This document shows positions 43,099 through 56,432 of a stretch of 64,000 nucleotides of DNA, piece by piece. Position 1 is the stretch's first letter; each line of letters starts with the position of its first letter. The stretch covers positions 28,272,001 to 28,336,000 of the forward strand of contig OX597837.1 of the NCBI GenBank assembly GCA_951406725.2, written 5' to 3'. The position numbers were made by a program, and so were the translations under genes. The notes beneath the pieces are model-generated. The model was not told the origin of the DNA, ran no database searches, and saw only the letters and a list, made by a program, of their open reading frames with translations. The stretch comes from Octopus vulgaris (Eukaryota).

Positions 43099-43726
43099 AT
43101 ATATATATATATCAAAATAACCCTTTCATATTTAGAGACAGATTAGAAATTAACCTCGTAAAACATTTTTTGGTATGAAAATTTAAATAAAAAATTAGAT
43201 GCGTCTAGAGAACGGTCTACCTACTTTGAGTATAGCGTTACACAAAAGGACATCGCGCATTACCACATGTTAAAAAATAACGGCGCAGTTTTGAAAATGA
43301 ACAACGCATTTATGAGAGTCAACATTACATGAAATATTCATCAGCACATTTATGAAAGACAATAGCACACGAATTATATATGAGCACACCTAAACACAAC
43401 AGCAGATCTATGAGTGACACACACTCATGAGAGTCCGCAGTAAATCTATGGGAGTCAATAGCACAATTATGAGAGTCAATAGCACGCCAAATGTACACTA
43501 CCACATCTATGAGAGACAATGACACACCAGTTATACATGAGCAGATCTGTTGGAGTGAATGGCACATCAAATATATAGGAGAGTACATATGTGAGAGACA
43601 CCAGCACAGCGAGAAAGACTACCAATCAATAAAGCAAGCCTTGTTTTCTATTTCACGAAGAATGGTTTATGAAACAATATGGTAGGTCGAGAGAAAGTGT
43701 TTTTGAATCGTGTGTGCATATGTGTG

Positions 43727-43772
<46 letters not shown>

Positions 43773-44251
43773 TAAATGAGTATATATGTGTGTGCGTATG
43801 CAGGCATATATGTAAGTACATTTGTGTGTGTGTGTGTGTGTGTTATACAGAGGAAGAGAGTTTAATATGAACGCACCCATAGACACAAATTTCTATAAAT
43901 ATTTATTAGTGTCCGTTTATCGTTCATAAATTCATTGGTGCAGATTAAAGATCGTTTTGAAATTACAAAAGCGTTCATAAAGACAGTCTAAACCTTATTA
44001 TATTCGTCTGTATTCCTACTATATTGATAAAGTCGTCAAAAATAATAGCTAATGCTTGCCTTAATGATATAGCCAAAACAATCAAAAAGTGTATATCCGG
44101 TAAGACCGGATATGCAATTTTCTATTGTATGTCCTTTCGGCCATTTTACTTTGTATACTTTGTATTTATTCTTCTAATTATGAAGAAACACGTTTGTGAT
44201 GTTCGTCTGTTCCTGATTAGTCGTCAAAAATATATTTTTAAATTTTACCCT

Positions 44252-44663
44252 GGCGTAGAAGTGGCTGTGTGGTAAGTAGCTTGCTTACCAACCACATGGT
44301 TCCGGGTTCTGTCCTACTGCGTGGCACCTTGGGGAAGTGTCTTCTACTATAGCCTCGGGCCGACCAAAGCCTCGTGAGTGGATTTGGTAGACGGAAACTG
44401 AAAGAAGCCCGTCGTATATATGTGTGTATATATATGTGTGTGTGTTTGTGTGTGTGTATGTTTGTCTGTCTGTGTTTGTCCCCCCAACATCGCTTGACAA
44501 CCGATGCTGGTATGTTTATGTCTCCGTAACTTAGCGGTTCGGCAAAAGAGACCGATAGAGTAAGTACTAGGCTTACTAAGAATAAGTCCTGGAGTCGATT
44601 TACTCGACTAAGGGCGGTGCTCCAGCATGGCCGCAGTGAAATGAATGAAACAAGTAAAAGAGT
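44252..44663 (+). mobile_element. SINE family A, full length
   Basis: Same head, body and tail as 7107-7509. Confidence 0.9.
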
Positions 44664-45118
44664 AATATACGTATATATTTGCATGCATGCATATGCATAT
44701 ACATTAGAAACGTTTTGTGCGTATGTGTGTGAGTGTGCGTATGTGTGAGAGAGAGAGAGAGAGAGTGACAGACAGACAGACAGGCAAAGTGAATCTGTAC
44801 ATTGTGATACGTTTGTAGTCAGATATATAGCTAAATAGTTAAATCCGAAACTAATTATGTGAGAATCTATCTCAGGTAAAATACGCAAACGCGCACACTA
44901 ACATGCACGTACACACACACAAAGAGGGCAACGAGAGGGGGGAGACAGAGAGAGAGAGAGGGGGGTTCAAATAAAATTTTGGTTTTTAGGAACAACCATT
45001 TGTTTCAAGATTTCATAAACGCCAATAAATTCAACTGCAACAACGTCAACAACAATCGCAAAAAAAAAAAAAGAAAACACTGATCGTTCATCGCATATTA
45101 ACCGAAGTACAAATCTTG

Positions 45119-45600
45119 TTAGTCCAGAGTTTCATAGCGAAAACAGAAACGCTCTTTGGAAAAACTTTTGGACAAAATGTCCAGAAATTGCACCATAACT
45201 ATCAAACATCAGGGTTACTTCCCCTTGCGTTCTCCGTGTAATTACTATCAGTGTAAATTACAGAGTTCCCTCCCTTGCCTTCTTGCTAATAATTGTCATT
45301 AACTCTTGTAATACACCTTTTTTTTTATTACGAGTGTAATTTCAATTGATTTATTAACTGTTAGTCCAGAGTTTCATAGCGAAAACAGAAACGCTCTTTG
45401 GAAAAACTTTTGGACGAAACGTCCAGAAATTGCACCATAACTATCAAACATCAGGGTTACTTCTCCTTGCGTTCTCCGTGTAATTATTATCAGTGTAAAT
45501 TACAGAGTTCCCTCCCTTGCCTTCTTGCTAATAATTGTCATTAACTCTTGTAATACACCTTTTTTTTATTACGAGTGTAATTTCAATTGATTTATTAACT
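45119..45600. repeat. Tandem duplication, 2 x 242 bp
   Basis: TTAGTCCAGAGTTTCATAGCG... starts at 45119 and 45361. The copies differ by only a few bases. Confidence 0.95.
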
Positions 45601-45619
45601 TGTACTAAGCGAGCTAAAC

Positions 45620-46104
45620 TTATTTCGTTTAGGTCACACTTTTCGTCTCTAATCCTACTTATTTACGCTTCTTTCTCTATACTTGAACCCTCACCTCATC
45701 ATTTCATTTTGATCGAAGAACTAGCTTCACCCTTTCTCTCTTCTCCAATTTTTCATTTCTTCCCTTCTTCGTTCGACTTCACTCAATCCTCTTTTCAGCC
45801 TTTTTCCCCACTTCATCCCCCTACATCATTATTACTTTATTACATCATGTCAAACAATTGACAAAGTCATTGTTTCTCTTTCCTCCCGTCTCAGAAAAAT
45901 ACCGCACTCGTTCCGACTCTCTCATGATAGATCGTTAGCCACTACAAAACATTTTTTTCTCTCCTTGTTTTTTCTATATCCCTTTCTGAAGAAGAGCGTA
46001 GGCTCGAAACGTAAAATACTTTTTTCTATTCCTGAGCGTTATACTAATACATCTGTTTTTTTGTACACCACCTATCTTCGTCTTTTGTTTTTTTCGTAAA
46101 CTCT

Positions 46105-46108
<4 letters not shown>
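45620..46108 (+). mobile_element. Penelope-like element terminal repeat remnant with minimal hammerhead motif
   Basis: Pyrimidine-rich tract, then CTGAAGA-A-GAGC-GTAG-GCTC-GAAAC-GTA at 45986-46013, ending at (TA)n. Confidence 0.6.
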
Positions 46109-46144
<36 letters not shown>

Positions 46145-46145
46145 C

Positions 46146-46327
46146 TTTTACGTGTTTCAGTCATTTGACTGCAGCCATGCTTGAACACCGCCTTTAGTCG
46201 AGCAAATTAACCCAAGGGACTTATTTTTTGTAAGCCTAGTACTTATTCTATCAGTTCTTTTTGTCGAACCGCTAAGTTACGGGAACACAAACACACCAGC
46301 ACCGGTTGTCAAGCGATAGTAGGGGGA

Positions 46328-46331
<4 letters not shown>
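46146..46331 (-). mobile_element. SINE family A, 3' half only
   Basis: Reverse complement of the family A tail and body up to the (CA)n tract, where a family C SINE follows. Confidence 0.8.
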
Positions 46332-46400
<69 letters not shown>

Positions 46401-46630
46401 GCGGCGAGCTGGCAGAAACGTTAGCACGCCGGGCGAAATGCGTAGTCGTATTTCGTCTACCGTTACGTTCTGAGTTCAAATTCCGCCGAGGTCGACTTTG
46501 CCTTTCATCCTTTCGAGGTCGATAAATAAAGTACCAGTTTCGCACTGGGGTCGATTTAATCGACTTAATCGCTTTGTCTGTCCTTGTTTGTCCCCTCTAT
46601 GTTTAGCCCCTTGTGGGCAGTAAAGAAATA
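46401..46630 (+). mobile_element. SINE family C, full length
   Basis: GCGGCGAGCTGGCAGAAACGTTAG...GAGTTCAAATTCC...TTAGCCCCTTGTGGGCAGTAAAGAAATA. Confidence 0.9.
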
Positions 46631-47003
46631 TATATATATATTGTGTATAAAGTATTCATAACAAATATAATGTTAGAATTATATTTAAACGGATTTTTAA
46701 GGAATTAATCGTTTGTTCTGTGTATCATTTAATTATATAATTCATAGTTATATAAACAAAAGATTTGTGATACTGATTATATATTCATTACTCTTAATTG
46801 AAGTAGTTTTGTCTCTTAGGAAACAAAGCAATTGAAAATTATTTTGGTAACGAAACTAAACCCAATATATCTGTGGGCGGGCATAGGCTTTGTGTAATTT
46901 ATCAAAACTTCCTTGATGCTTCTGTTTGAAACAATTATTTTACAGTCAAGGATGGCGACCGTTCACTTGTAACATTTGGTATATCTACATGGCTGTATGA
47001 TGG

Positions 47004-47387
47004 ATGGAAGCACTCCGTCGGTTACGACGATGAGGGTTCCGGTTGATCCGAATCAACGGAACAGCCTGCTCGTGAAATTAACGTGTAAGTGGCTGAGCAC
47101 TCCACAGACACGTGTACCCTTAACGTAGTTCTCGGGGATATTCAGCGTGACACAGAGAGTGACAAGGCCGGCCCTTTGAAATACAGGTACAACAGAAACA
47201 GGAAGTAAGAGTGAGAGAAAGTTGTGGTGAAAGAGTACAGCAGGGATCACCACCATCCCTGCCGGAGCATCGTGGAGCTTTAGGTGTTTTCGCTCAATAA
47301 ACACTCACAACGCCCGGTCTGGGAATCGAAACCGCGATCCTATGACCGCGAGTCCGCTGCCTAACCACTGGGCCATTGCGCCTCCAC
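47004..47387 (-). mobile_element. SINE family B, main subtype
   Basis: Near-identical to 24392-24777. TSD GGCTGTATGATG at 46991-47002 and 47389-47400. Confidence 0.9.
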
Positions 47388-47986
47388 AGGCTGTATGATG
47401 CATGCGTAGGCAAAAGTGGTGCAGTAAAAAAGACTGAGTATCTGACTTTAAAATATGTACTTTGGTGGATTTGATCGACAAAACTCGTCAAAGCAGTGCC
47501 TCATCAAGGCCACAGTTGAAGTGCTATATTTGTGCTTCACTCTGAAGAACGTTTTTGACGTGAGAACACTGGTATGTTTATCTCCCTTGAGCCTTCTATA
47601 TGAAACTATTATATGACGTGTAAGATCTGCCATGTTTACTTATATCTCTTTATATTCAGAACTAAATTCCTGCTAGAGGGAACTTTAACTGCTAATGTTC
47701 CAGACTCCCGTATCGGAGTTGTTTTAAATCTATTGTTTTCTCCTCCTCCCAAATTGTACGGTCTTGTACAAATATCAAAAATATAAACTATGTAAAATGT
47801 ATAGAAAAATATATGTAAATATATATGTATATAAAAAAATATATAATATAAATATGATTCTACATAAATATTTATGAATATATATAATTTAAATAGTATG
47901 TTCAAAATATTTATAAGCACTTAAAGCGATATCATAAATATCTGTTAAATAGGAATATAAACTCGCATGTCTATGTAAGCGCGCGC

Positions 47987-48031
<45 letters not shown>

Positions 48032-48267
48032 TTATAAAGTAGCCAGCGTGAAAAACCAGTTCATGAAAAAATTAATACAAAATATATAAAGTTTCCCCTT
48101 TAAATATAAATACGCTAATTATATTAAGGGCTATTGTAACACGTAAATACCTCACGCTGTAATGGGACTCTGAAGTCAAACTACTTTATAGCGTGAGGAA
48201 TTTACGTGTAGTAATAGCCCTTAATATAATATAATATAATATAATATATATATATATAATATATATA

Positions 48268-48302
<35 letters not shown>

Positions 48303-48737
48303 TTTCAAACCGTTTGAAAAGTTTGAATGTAAAAATCAACTTGGAATGTTCGCGTTTCGAGATATTCACAGAGATGGGGGTAGGAAGATAATAAATGTAT
48401 TTTGTTTTGTATTTGTTTCTTTTAGAGTTTTTTTTCTTTACTAAATTATTTTTTGTGTCTTTAATTACTTTATGGGACTAGTATTCTTTTACGTACAGGC
48501 ATATAAATACCTATATACTTTTCTATACACACATTTACACACCTACATGTACATATCAACACATACATAATTCACTCGTAGGCACATACACACATACACA
48601 CACACACACACACGCATACCATATGTAACATTCAGTGAACATCGTAACCCGCAATTGCATCACCATCACTCTTATCAACACCACTACAACCACCATCATC
48701 ACCGTCAATATTTATCATTACTAGCACCACCGCCGTC

Positions 48738-48771
<34 letters not shown>

Positions 48772-48799
48772 GTATATATTTATATATATATATATATAA

Positions 48800-48990
48800 A
48801 TACAAAATGGGACAAGAACGCAAAACATTCAAATAGACGACACAAAAAAACGGACGGGTCATTCGAAGCCTCTAATCTTCAGTCAAGAACCGGATCATCC
48901 TCGCAATTTCGGCTGATTAATCTTGAGATCGCTCCGATCCGGCCAGCCCCAAGGAAAAACTAAGCTACGAGCATTAGATTTCTTGGAATA
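48800..48990. repeat. Unclassified repeat fragment embedded in (TA)n
   Basis: GC-richer block flanked on both sides by (TA)n, with no convincing ORF. Confidence 0.35.
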
Positions 48991-49001
48991 TATATATATA
49001 A

Positions 49002-49056
<55 letters not shown>

Positions 49057-50521
49057 CTCCTACTTTAATTATTTCAGTTCATTGCGTAAAATATAAACAT
49101 AGCAACTTCTATTCTTCCGCTTCTTTCCTCTAACAGTCATCAGAACTCAATGACCCATTGATGGATACATCTCAGTTCGACCACTATGATTGATTAAATA
49201 ATCGGTGCGTCGAATAAATAACTATTTACATTTCTGTTTTGCTCTTAGCCCAGATGGCGGCCACTGGAAAAATTGTGTTTCTCGTCTTTTGCTGTTCACT
49301 TAGAAAAGTTCCTTCAAATTCATTCTCAGCAATTCGGTCAGCAGAAAATATATTTTAATGCCGCCAGATCGGTGACAATATTGATTTCTGTTTATTGAGA
49401 CGATGTTTATTTCTATTTTCAGTTATTCCTAAACCCAAAAATTCCCAGGAAGTTAAGATTGTGACTACAGTTATGCGTTGTATTTGTTCTCGCTGTCCAA
49501 ATTTTGCGGCAGCTCTAACCTAATTTCGATTTCCTTGCGTTCTTCAAAGAATACGACACCAGATCCTTAGAAGTAAAGAAATCAATTATGAAATATCACT
49601 GAAATCGCTGTTTTCATTCTCGATAGTTCTTTTTTCTTCTATACATCGATCTGTTTTCATATTGATGTTATCAAGTAGTTCCGTTCGTTGTTTTTTTTTG
49701 TTTTTTTTTTGCTTTTCTTCAAACAACATATTGGTTGTCAAACAACATATTCCAGTCTCAATAAATTTCAAATCTATATTTTTGTCTAAGATTACATTAC
49801 GAGGTTGAAGAACACAGTGCCGTGCTGCTTGGATTGCAATTTTGTTACCATTAATTATGCTTCAATCTCTGTCTTCATGTCAACAAATTCAGTGTTTATT
49901 AGAGTCTCTGAGCATTATCTCCCTCTCTCCAACACACCTAAATGAGTATTTCATAATAAACGGCCGCCAAAAGATAGTTTTTACTTTTTCGAAAAATTTC
50001 TCCCCCTCAGAATTACTTCGCAACCCAACTTCTGAATAAAGTGACAAATTTTACTTAAGTATTCGATTTCTTTGTTTCAAATCAGAAATTTCTTTACATA
50101 TTATTCTCGGTATTATTATTACCTCTACCGAAATATACTTGACTTTGTAGTCTGTAAGGGGCTAAAAGTATTAAGTTCCTTCATTCATTTGCAATACAAT
50201 TTGTCTTTCAATAACTGTCAAAGTATTTTCCCAGATTCGAGTTACATACGTCGTATGACACAGGTTGGTGGACGGAAGTAATAACGTATTGATATATTTA
50301 TACTTTAGCATGCTCATGACTTTACATTAATATCAGGCATGGGTCTATTTGTGATTGCTGCACCATATTACATAACTTCGACTGAGTAACAGTTTATGGA
50401 TGATCTTCTATTCCAAATGGTTAGATAGAAAAAGTTCTGAAAAGCTACTTACACATATCTACAAAACTTCCCAAACGAGTCTTGTGAAGGACGAAAATCC
50501 ACATTCTAACCCATATCTTAT

Positions 50522-50906
50522 GGGAAGCACTCCGTCGGTTACGACGACGAGGGTTCCGGTTGATCCGAATCAACGGAACAGCCTGCTCGTGAAATTAACG
50601 TGTAAGTGGCTGAGCACTCCATAGACACGTGTACCCTTAACGTAGTTCTCGGGGATATTCAGCGTGATACAGAGAGTGACAAGGCCGGCTCTTTGAAATA
50701 CAGGTACAACAGAAACAGGGAGTAAGAGTGTGAGAAAGTTGTGGTGAAAGAGTACAGCAGGGATCACCACCATCCCCTGCTGGAGCCTCGTGGAGCTTTA
50801 GGTGTTTTCGCTCAATAAACACTCACAACGCCCGGTCTGGGAATCGAAACCGCGATCCTATGACCGCGAGTCCGCTGCCCTAACCACTGGGCCATTGTGC
50901 CTCCAC
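50522..50906 (-). mobile_element. SINE family B, main subtype
   Basis: Near-identical to 24392-24777. TSD AACCCATATCTT at 50508-50519 and 50907-50918. Confidence 0.9.
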
Positions 50907-51694
50907 AACCCATATCTTTACGTAGAAGAAAAAGATACTGCGAAGTAGATGAGGTTTTACAGTGGGTTGGGAAATATCGAAGTTCAGAAAAAGAACTATT
51001 GTTGGTTAGAAGAATGGTTGAGAAGGGGGCAAACTGACTCTTGGCGTCAGTATCAGACATGTCTAACAGCTCTTTAAGAGTCTTAAAGACTCAGAAATCC
51101 AATACGAATTCTGTACGTAATAAAAATGAGAAAACAACGGAACAAAAAGTGAAACTATTGAATGATGGAAAGGCGTCATGTACAGACCATATAAGGTGCA
51201 AATCGAATACAGGACAATGTCTATAGAAATCAGATGAGTAGAATAAATAGTAAAATACACAAATGGAGGCGGGGGTTACTTGTGAGGCAATTGCTAAAGT
51301 ATCAATATATATTTATTGCTTTCTCACTTTTGTTTTTAACGATTTTCTTTCGCGTTATTAGCGTTTAGATTTCGGCTATTATTTTCCTTATCAATTTTCT
51401 TTTGATTTTAAGAATTTTGTTTACGGATTTTTTTGTTTTTTTTTTTTTAATTTTTAAGAAGCAACCATGAAAATGAAATAATTCCAACATTGAGTAAAAG
51501 CGTTTTTCCAAGCATCAGAGTAAACTGTTATAAAGCCATTAGCAGCATCTCAGTGCGGCCGAAACATTGTGGTGTTTTTGCTACAAGGGGGGTTTATTTT
51601 TGTCTCTAGTAAGATGCAAAGGTAAGAGAGAAATAAAAAGAAAGCGTAAGACGGAACGAAAGAAAGAAAAAATAAAAAAAGGAGGAATAGAGAA

Positions 51695-51734
<40 letters not shown>

Positions 51735-52047
51735 TAAGAAAGAAAGAGTAAAATGAAATAATGGGAAAAAGGAAAAACAAAAGAAAAGAGAAAACAAAAG
51801 AAGGTTCGAAAATGAAAATAAAAACAAAAGGATGTGCGTGTGTATGTATATACATACATATATATAATTATATATATGTATATATAATATATATATATGT
51901 ATATATATGTATATATGTATATATATGATATATAATATATATATATGTATATATATGTATATATATATATATTTTTATATATATATATATTTATATATAT
52001 GTATATATATATATATTATATATATATGTATATGTATATGTATATAA

Positions 52048-52116
<69 letters not shown>

Positions 52117-52425
52117 AAATCTTTAAGAAATGTAAATAATACTAATAATAATAAAAATAATAGTAATAATAATAATAAAAATAACAACAATCATTTCATT
52201 CATATTAGGATTCATATGTATTGGCGTGGTGACGTAGGGATTGGTTAGAAACAGGGCTGCGGTGTAAAGGCTCTTATCATACCCCAGATTCATAGAACTC
52301 GTACCGCCCTTTTTTTTTTACCTCTGAACATGAAGTGGTTACAAGATATTTTTCGGTAACAAGGGATTGCTGAAGTGGGTATATTTCATACAATATATGT
52401 GTGTATTTATATATATATGTATATA

Positions 52426-52482
<57 letters not shown>

Positions 52483-53367
52483 GTATATACACGTCATATG
52501 TAAACAAACATAAGTTCGTTTTTGAAGTGTTGAAATGTATTGTAGAATAAGTAGAAAGATATATATTTTTTTAATACGTAAAAAATGAACAGTGTATATA
52601 AAGGATAAAATCCTTTTAAGGGCAGAAAAATTTACCGGCAAATTTTTTTGCTCTTAAAAGGATTTTATCCTTTATATATATACTATTCAGCATTTACGTG
52701 TTGAAAAAATATATCTTTCAACTTGTTTTATGTATGTATGTATGTATGTATGTATGTATGTATGTATGTATGTATGTATGTATGTATGTATGTATGTATG
52801 TATGTATGTATGTATGTATGTATGCATGTATGTGTGTATGTATGTATTTATATTATATGCAACAGGGGCACTATTAATACCGAGAGGTATTACTTATCTC
52901 CATTTAAACGTGAGTGTTCTGTTGGAACAAACTATACTGCGGTAGATACCATGAGAGATACTCTCGCATCGGCTTTTGGAGCAAAATGCACTTTCCTATC
53001 AGCGATATAAACCAGAATGCATTGTGCACCAAAAGCCGATACGAGAGTTTCTTTCATGGTAACTGTCGCAGTATAGTTTGTTCTAACAGAACATCCACGT
53101 GCTTTACAGTAAACTGCTAGGAGAGTACAGAGTGTAATATTAATTAACGAATGACAAAAGAATAGGAGTTTCGTAATCAGCGCCGTTAGCTTAGAGCTGT
53201 TTCCTCTATGAGGAGCAGCGCGCTCAGAAATTAGTGCTTGTGCAACATCCGATAACTTCTTCGAAGACATTAAGAAACAAAGTGCTGTTAAGACTGGATA
53301 TTTAGTTTTAATTTGCAGAATTTAAGGTTTCCTTGTCGCCAAAACTATCATAGCTGACTTGGCCATT

Positions 53368-53433
<66 letters not shown>

Positions 53434-53435
53434 GT

Positions 53436-53607
53436 CTTTTATTTTTTGTCTCAGTTTACTGTAGTTGTACTGGGGTACCGCCTTGAAGGATTTTTAGTTG
53501 AATGGACTCCAGTATTTATATTTTAAACCTAGTACTTATTTCGTCGCCGAACTGCTAAGTTACGGGGACGTAAGCACATCAACAACGGTCGGTTGTCAAA
53601 CGGTAGT

Positions 53608-53642
<35 letters not shown>

Positions 53643-53658
53643 TACATACATACATACA

Positions 53659-53694
<36 letters not shown>

Positions 53695-53858
53695 TACACG
53701 ACGGGTTTCTTTCAGTTTCCATCTACCAAATCCACTCACAAGGCTTTGGTCGGCCCGAGGTAATAATAGAGGACACTTGTCCAAGGTGTCACGCAGTGGG
53801 GCTGAACCTGGAACCATGTTGTTGGTAAGCAAGCTACTTACCACACAGCCACGCCTGC
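53436..53858 (-). mobile_element. SINE family A, diverged copy
   Basis: Reverse complement of family A, ending ...CCACACAGCCACGCCTGC. Confidence 0.85.
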
Positions 53859-54051
53859 TACATATATGTAAATTGAAAACGTCTACCCCGGAGAATGGTA
53901 GTTTTATTTTGTGATTCTTCAAACCAAGTGACAGCTATGCTTCTGAAAAGCTGGGTCCTTTTTGTACATAGTACCCCCAGAACCTTTCTTTGTTCACATG
54001 TGTATTAATTTACAAAGAAAATTATAATCTCCGTAATGTGAACATGTTTTA

Positions 54052-54265
54052 ATATCTCTCTATGTATAAACGGCAGATTGTCTGTCTGTGTGTCTGTGTG
54101 TCTGTCAGGTTGTACCCTCACCCTGACCACGGCGTTCAACCGATTCTGATGAAACTTGACACACACATAGCCCAATGTCATAATTCAAAACTAACGCAGC
54201 GAAAATTTTGAAAAGTTCCCCCAGTTCTGAGAAAAATTGATAAATTCGACATGGGGTCGAGAATC
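54052..54265 (+). mobile_element. Helitron-like 5' end fragment
   Basis: TCTATGTATAAA start, (CTGT)n/(GT)n tract and AACCGATTCTGATGAAACTTG motif, typical of non-autonomous Helitron 5' ends. Confidence 0.5.
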
Positions 54266-54526
54266 TAAGCTTTTTATATGCAACACATTTTCTGTTGTAG
54301 TTTTCGCAGTCGTTGCCTACTAGGGGCTCTTACATATGCTGCTAGTTCTTCATAAACCCGCGCAGACTTTACGATGTTCAAAGAACGAAAAAAAGTAAAA
54401 CACCAGCAGAAAAGTTAGAATTTTACGAACAAGGTTTAGAATTGTCTCCTAGTATTTGTCTCTTTCACAAGTTTCTCTCTTTCTCTCCCAAAATCTCCAA
54501 CAATATTGGATCCAACATTATGTTAC

Positions 54527-54561
<35 letters not shown>

Positions 54562-54750
54562 CTGTTATTCATTATCATAATAATCATCCTAATTGTTATT
54601 GACATTATTATCATCATCATCTCCAGCAGCTCATCCATTATCAACATCATCATCATCGCCAACCGCATTAATCAATGTTTGCAATCATCATCATCATCGC
54701 CATTGCCAGACAACGACCATTTGTATGAATCGCCCCAATTTAGGCATATT

Positions 54751-54782
<32 letters not shown>

Positions 54783-54840
54783 CCTAATCACACACAAGCA
54801 TGCATGCGAGCGCGCACACTCACACACACACATGTATGGG

Positions 54841-54874
<34 letters not shown>

Positions 54875-54914
54875 TATATACATTATATATATATACATAT
54901 ATATACATACATGC

Positions 54915-54952
<38 letters not shown>

Positions 54953-55015
54953 TATAAATAATCATATGCAATCGTGCACGCACGCACGCACACACACACA
55001 CATACACACACATGT

Positions 55016-55055
<40 letters not shown>

Positions 55056-55567
55056 TAATCGCATATACCTACATGTGTAATATAAGTAATATATACATAA
55101 TTATATTCGTATGTATTAGACGTAAATATTAAGCTATGACGTAATGTAAATAATGACATGTACGTTGTTTAATTTTCTTTTCTTTTCTTTTCTCTTTTTT
55201 TTTTTTTTTGGCTTTCTTATTTCCTTCTTCTTTCATTCCACCCGGTTTGGTTTAGTTTAAAGAGAATTATTTAGGAAAGACGGAATTAGCGAAGGAAAGA
55301 AAGGTGGGCGAGTGGGAAGAGAGGAAAGAACGATTGTAAGGAAGAAAGCAAAGAAAGAAAGGTAGGAAGGAAGGTGGGGAAAGAGAGAGAATGAAAGGAA
55401 GGAAAGAAGGAAGGAAGAAAGACAGAGACAGGATGACAGAGAAAGAGATGAGTGAAGATGTTTTTAAGGAAAACAAAACAAAAAAAACTGCCACAACCAA
55501 TCAGACATTGTTAGGTTAATATGTTTCGTTGTTGTTGATGACATTCATGGCGAAGACATGTTGTCGT

Positions 55568-55600
<33 letters not shown>

Positions 55601-55760
55601 AGTGTGTGTGTGTGTACGTATGTATGTATATATAGTTATCACTGTGTAATGACTGTGAACATGCATGTGTATATATATATATACATATACATATATATAT
55701 ATGCATATATATATATACATATACATATATATATATATACATATACATATATATATACAT

Positions 55761-55837
<77 letters not shown>

Positions 55838-55927
55838 CATATACATATATATGTATATATATATATGTATGCATGCATGTATAGTTATCAATATGTATGA
55901 CTGTGAACATGCATGTGTGTATGTGTT

Positions 55928-55960
<33 letters not shown>

Positions 55961-56432
55961 GTATGTATGTATATATGTATGTATGTATATATGTATGTAT
56001 GTATATAAGTATGTATGTATATATGTAAGTACGTATGTATGTATGTATGTATGTATATATATATACGTGTGGTTATCCGTGTGTATGACTGAGTATGCGG
56101 ATCGCGCGTGTGTATGTGTGTGTGTAGGCGTGCTTGTTCGCGTGTATATTATGTTTCTGGTTATACGACTTGTTATCCTGTATTAGTTGTACGCTGTAAA
56201 AGCCAGTGCCAATTCCGTGAGAGAGACAGAGAGAGTGAGTGCAATATATCAATCCAACAGAATTAAACAAACAAAACAATGACTACTCTAGGTTTTCTAG
56301 TATTTTTTTCCTTCAACCAACCAATGACATGCCATGCTTCAAACTGATCACCGCAGCTCTCTATCACTATCTACTAGCGAATACCATACCAAATCACGCC
56401 ACGTCACGCCACGCCAGTTTGGGGGGACTTAC

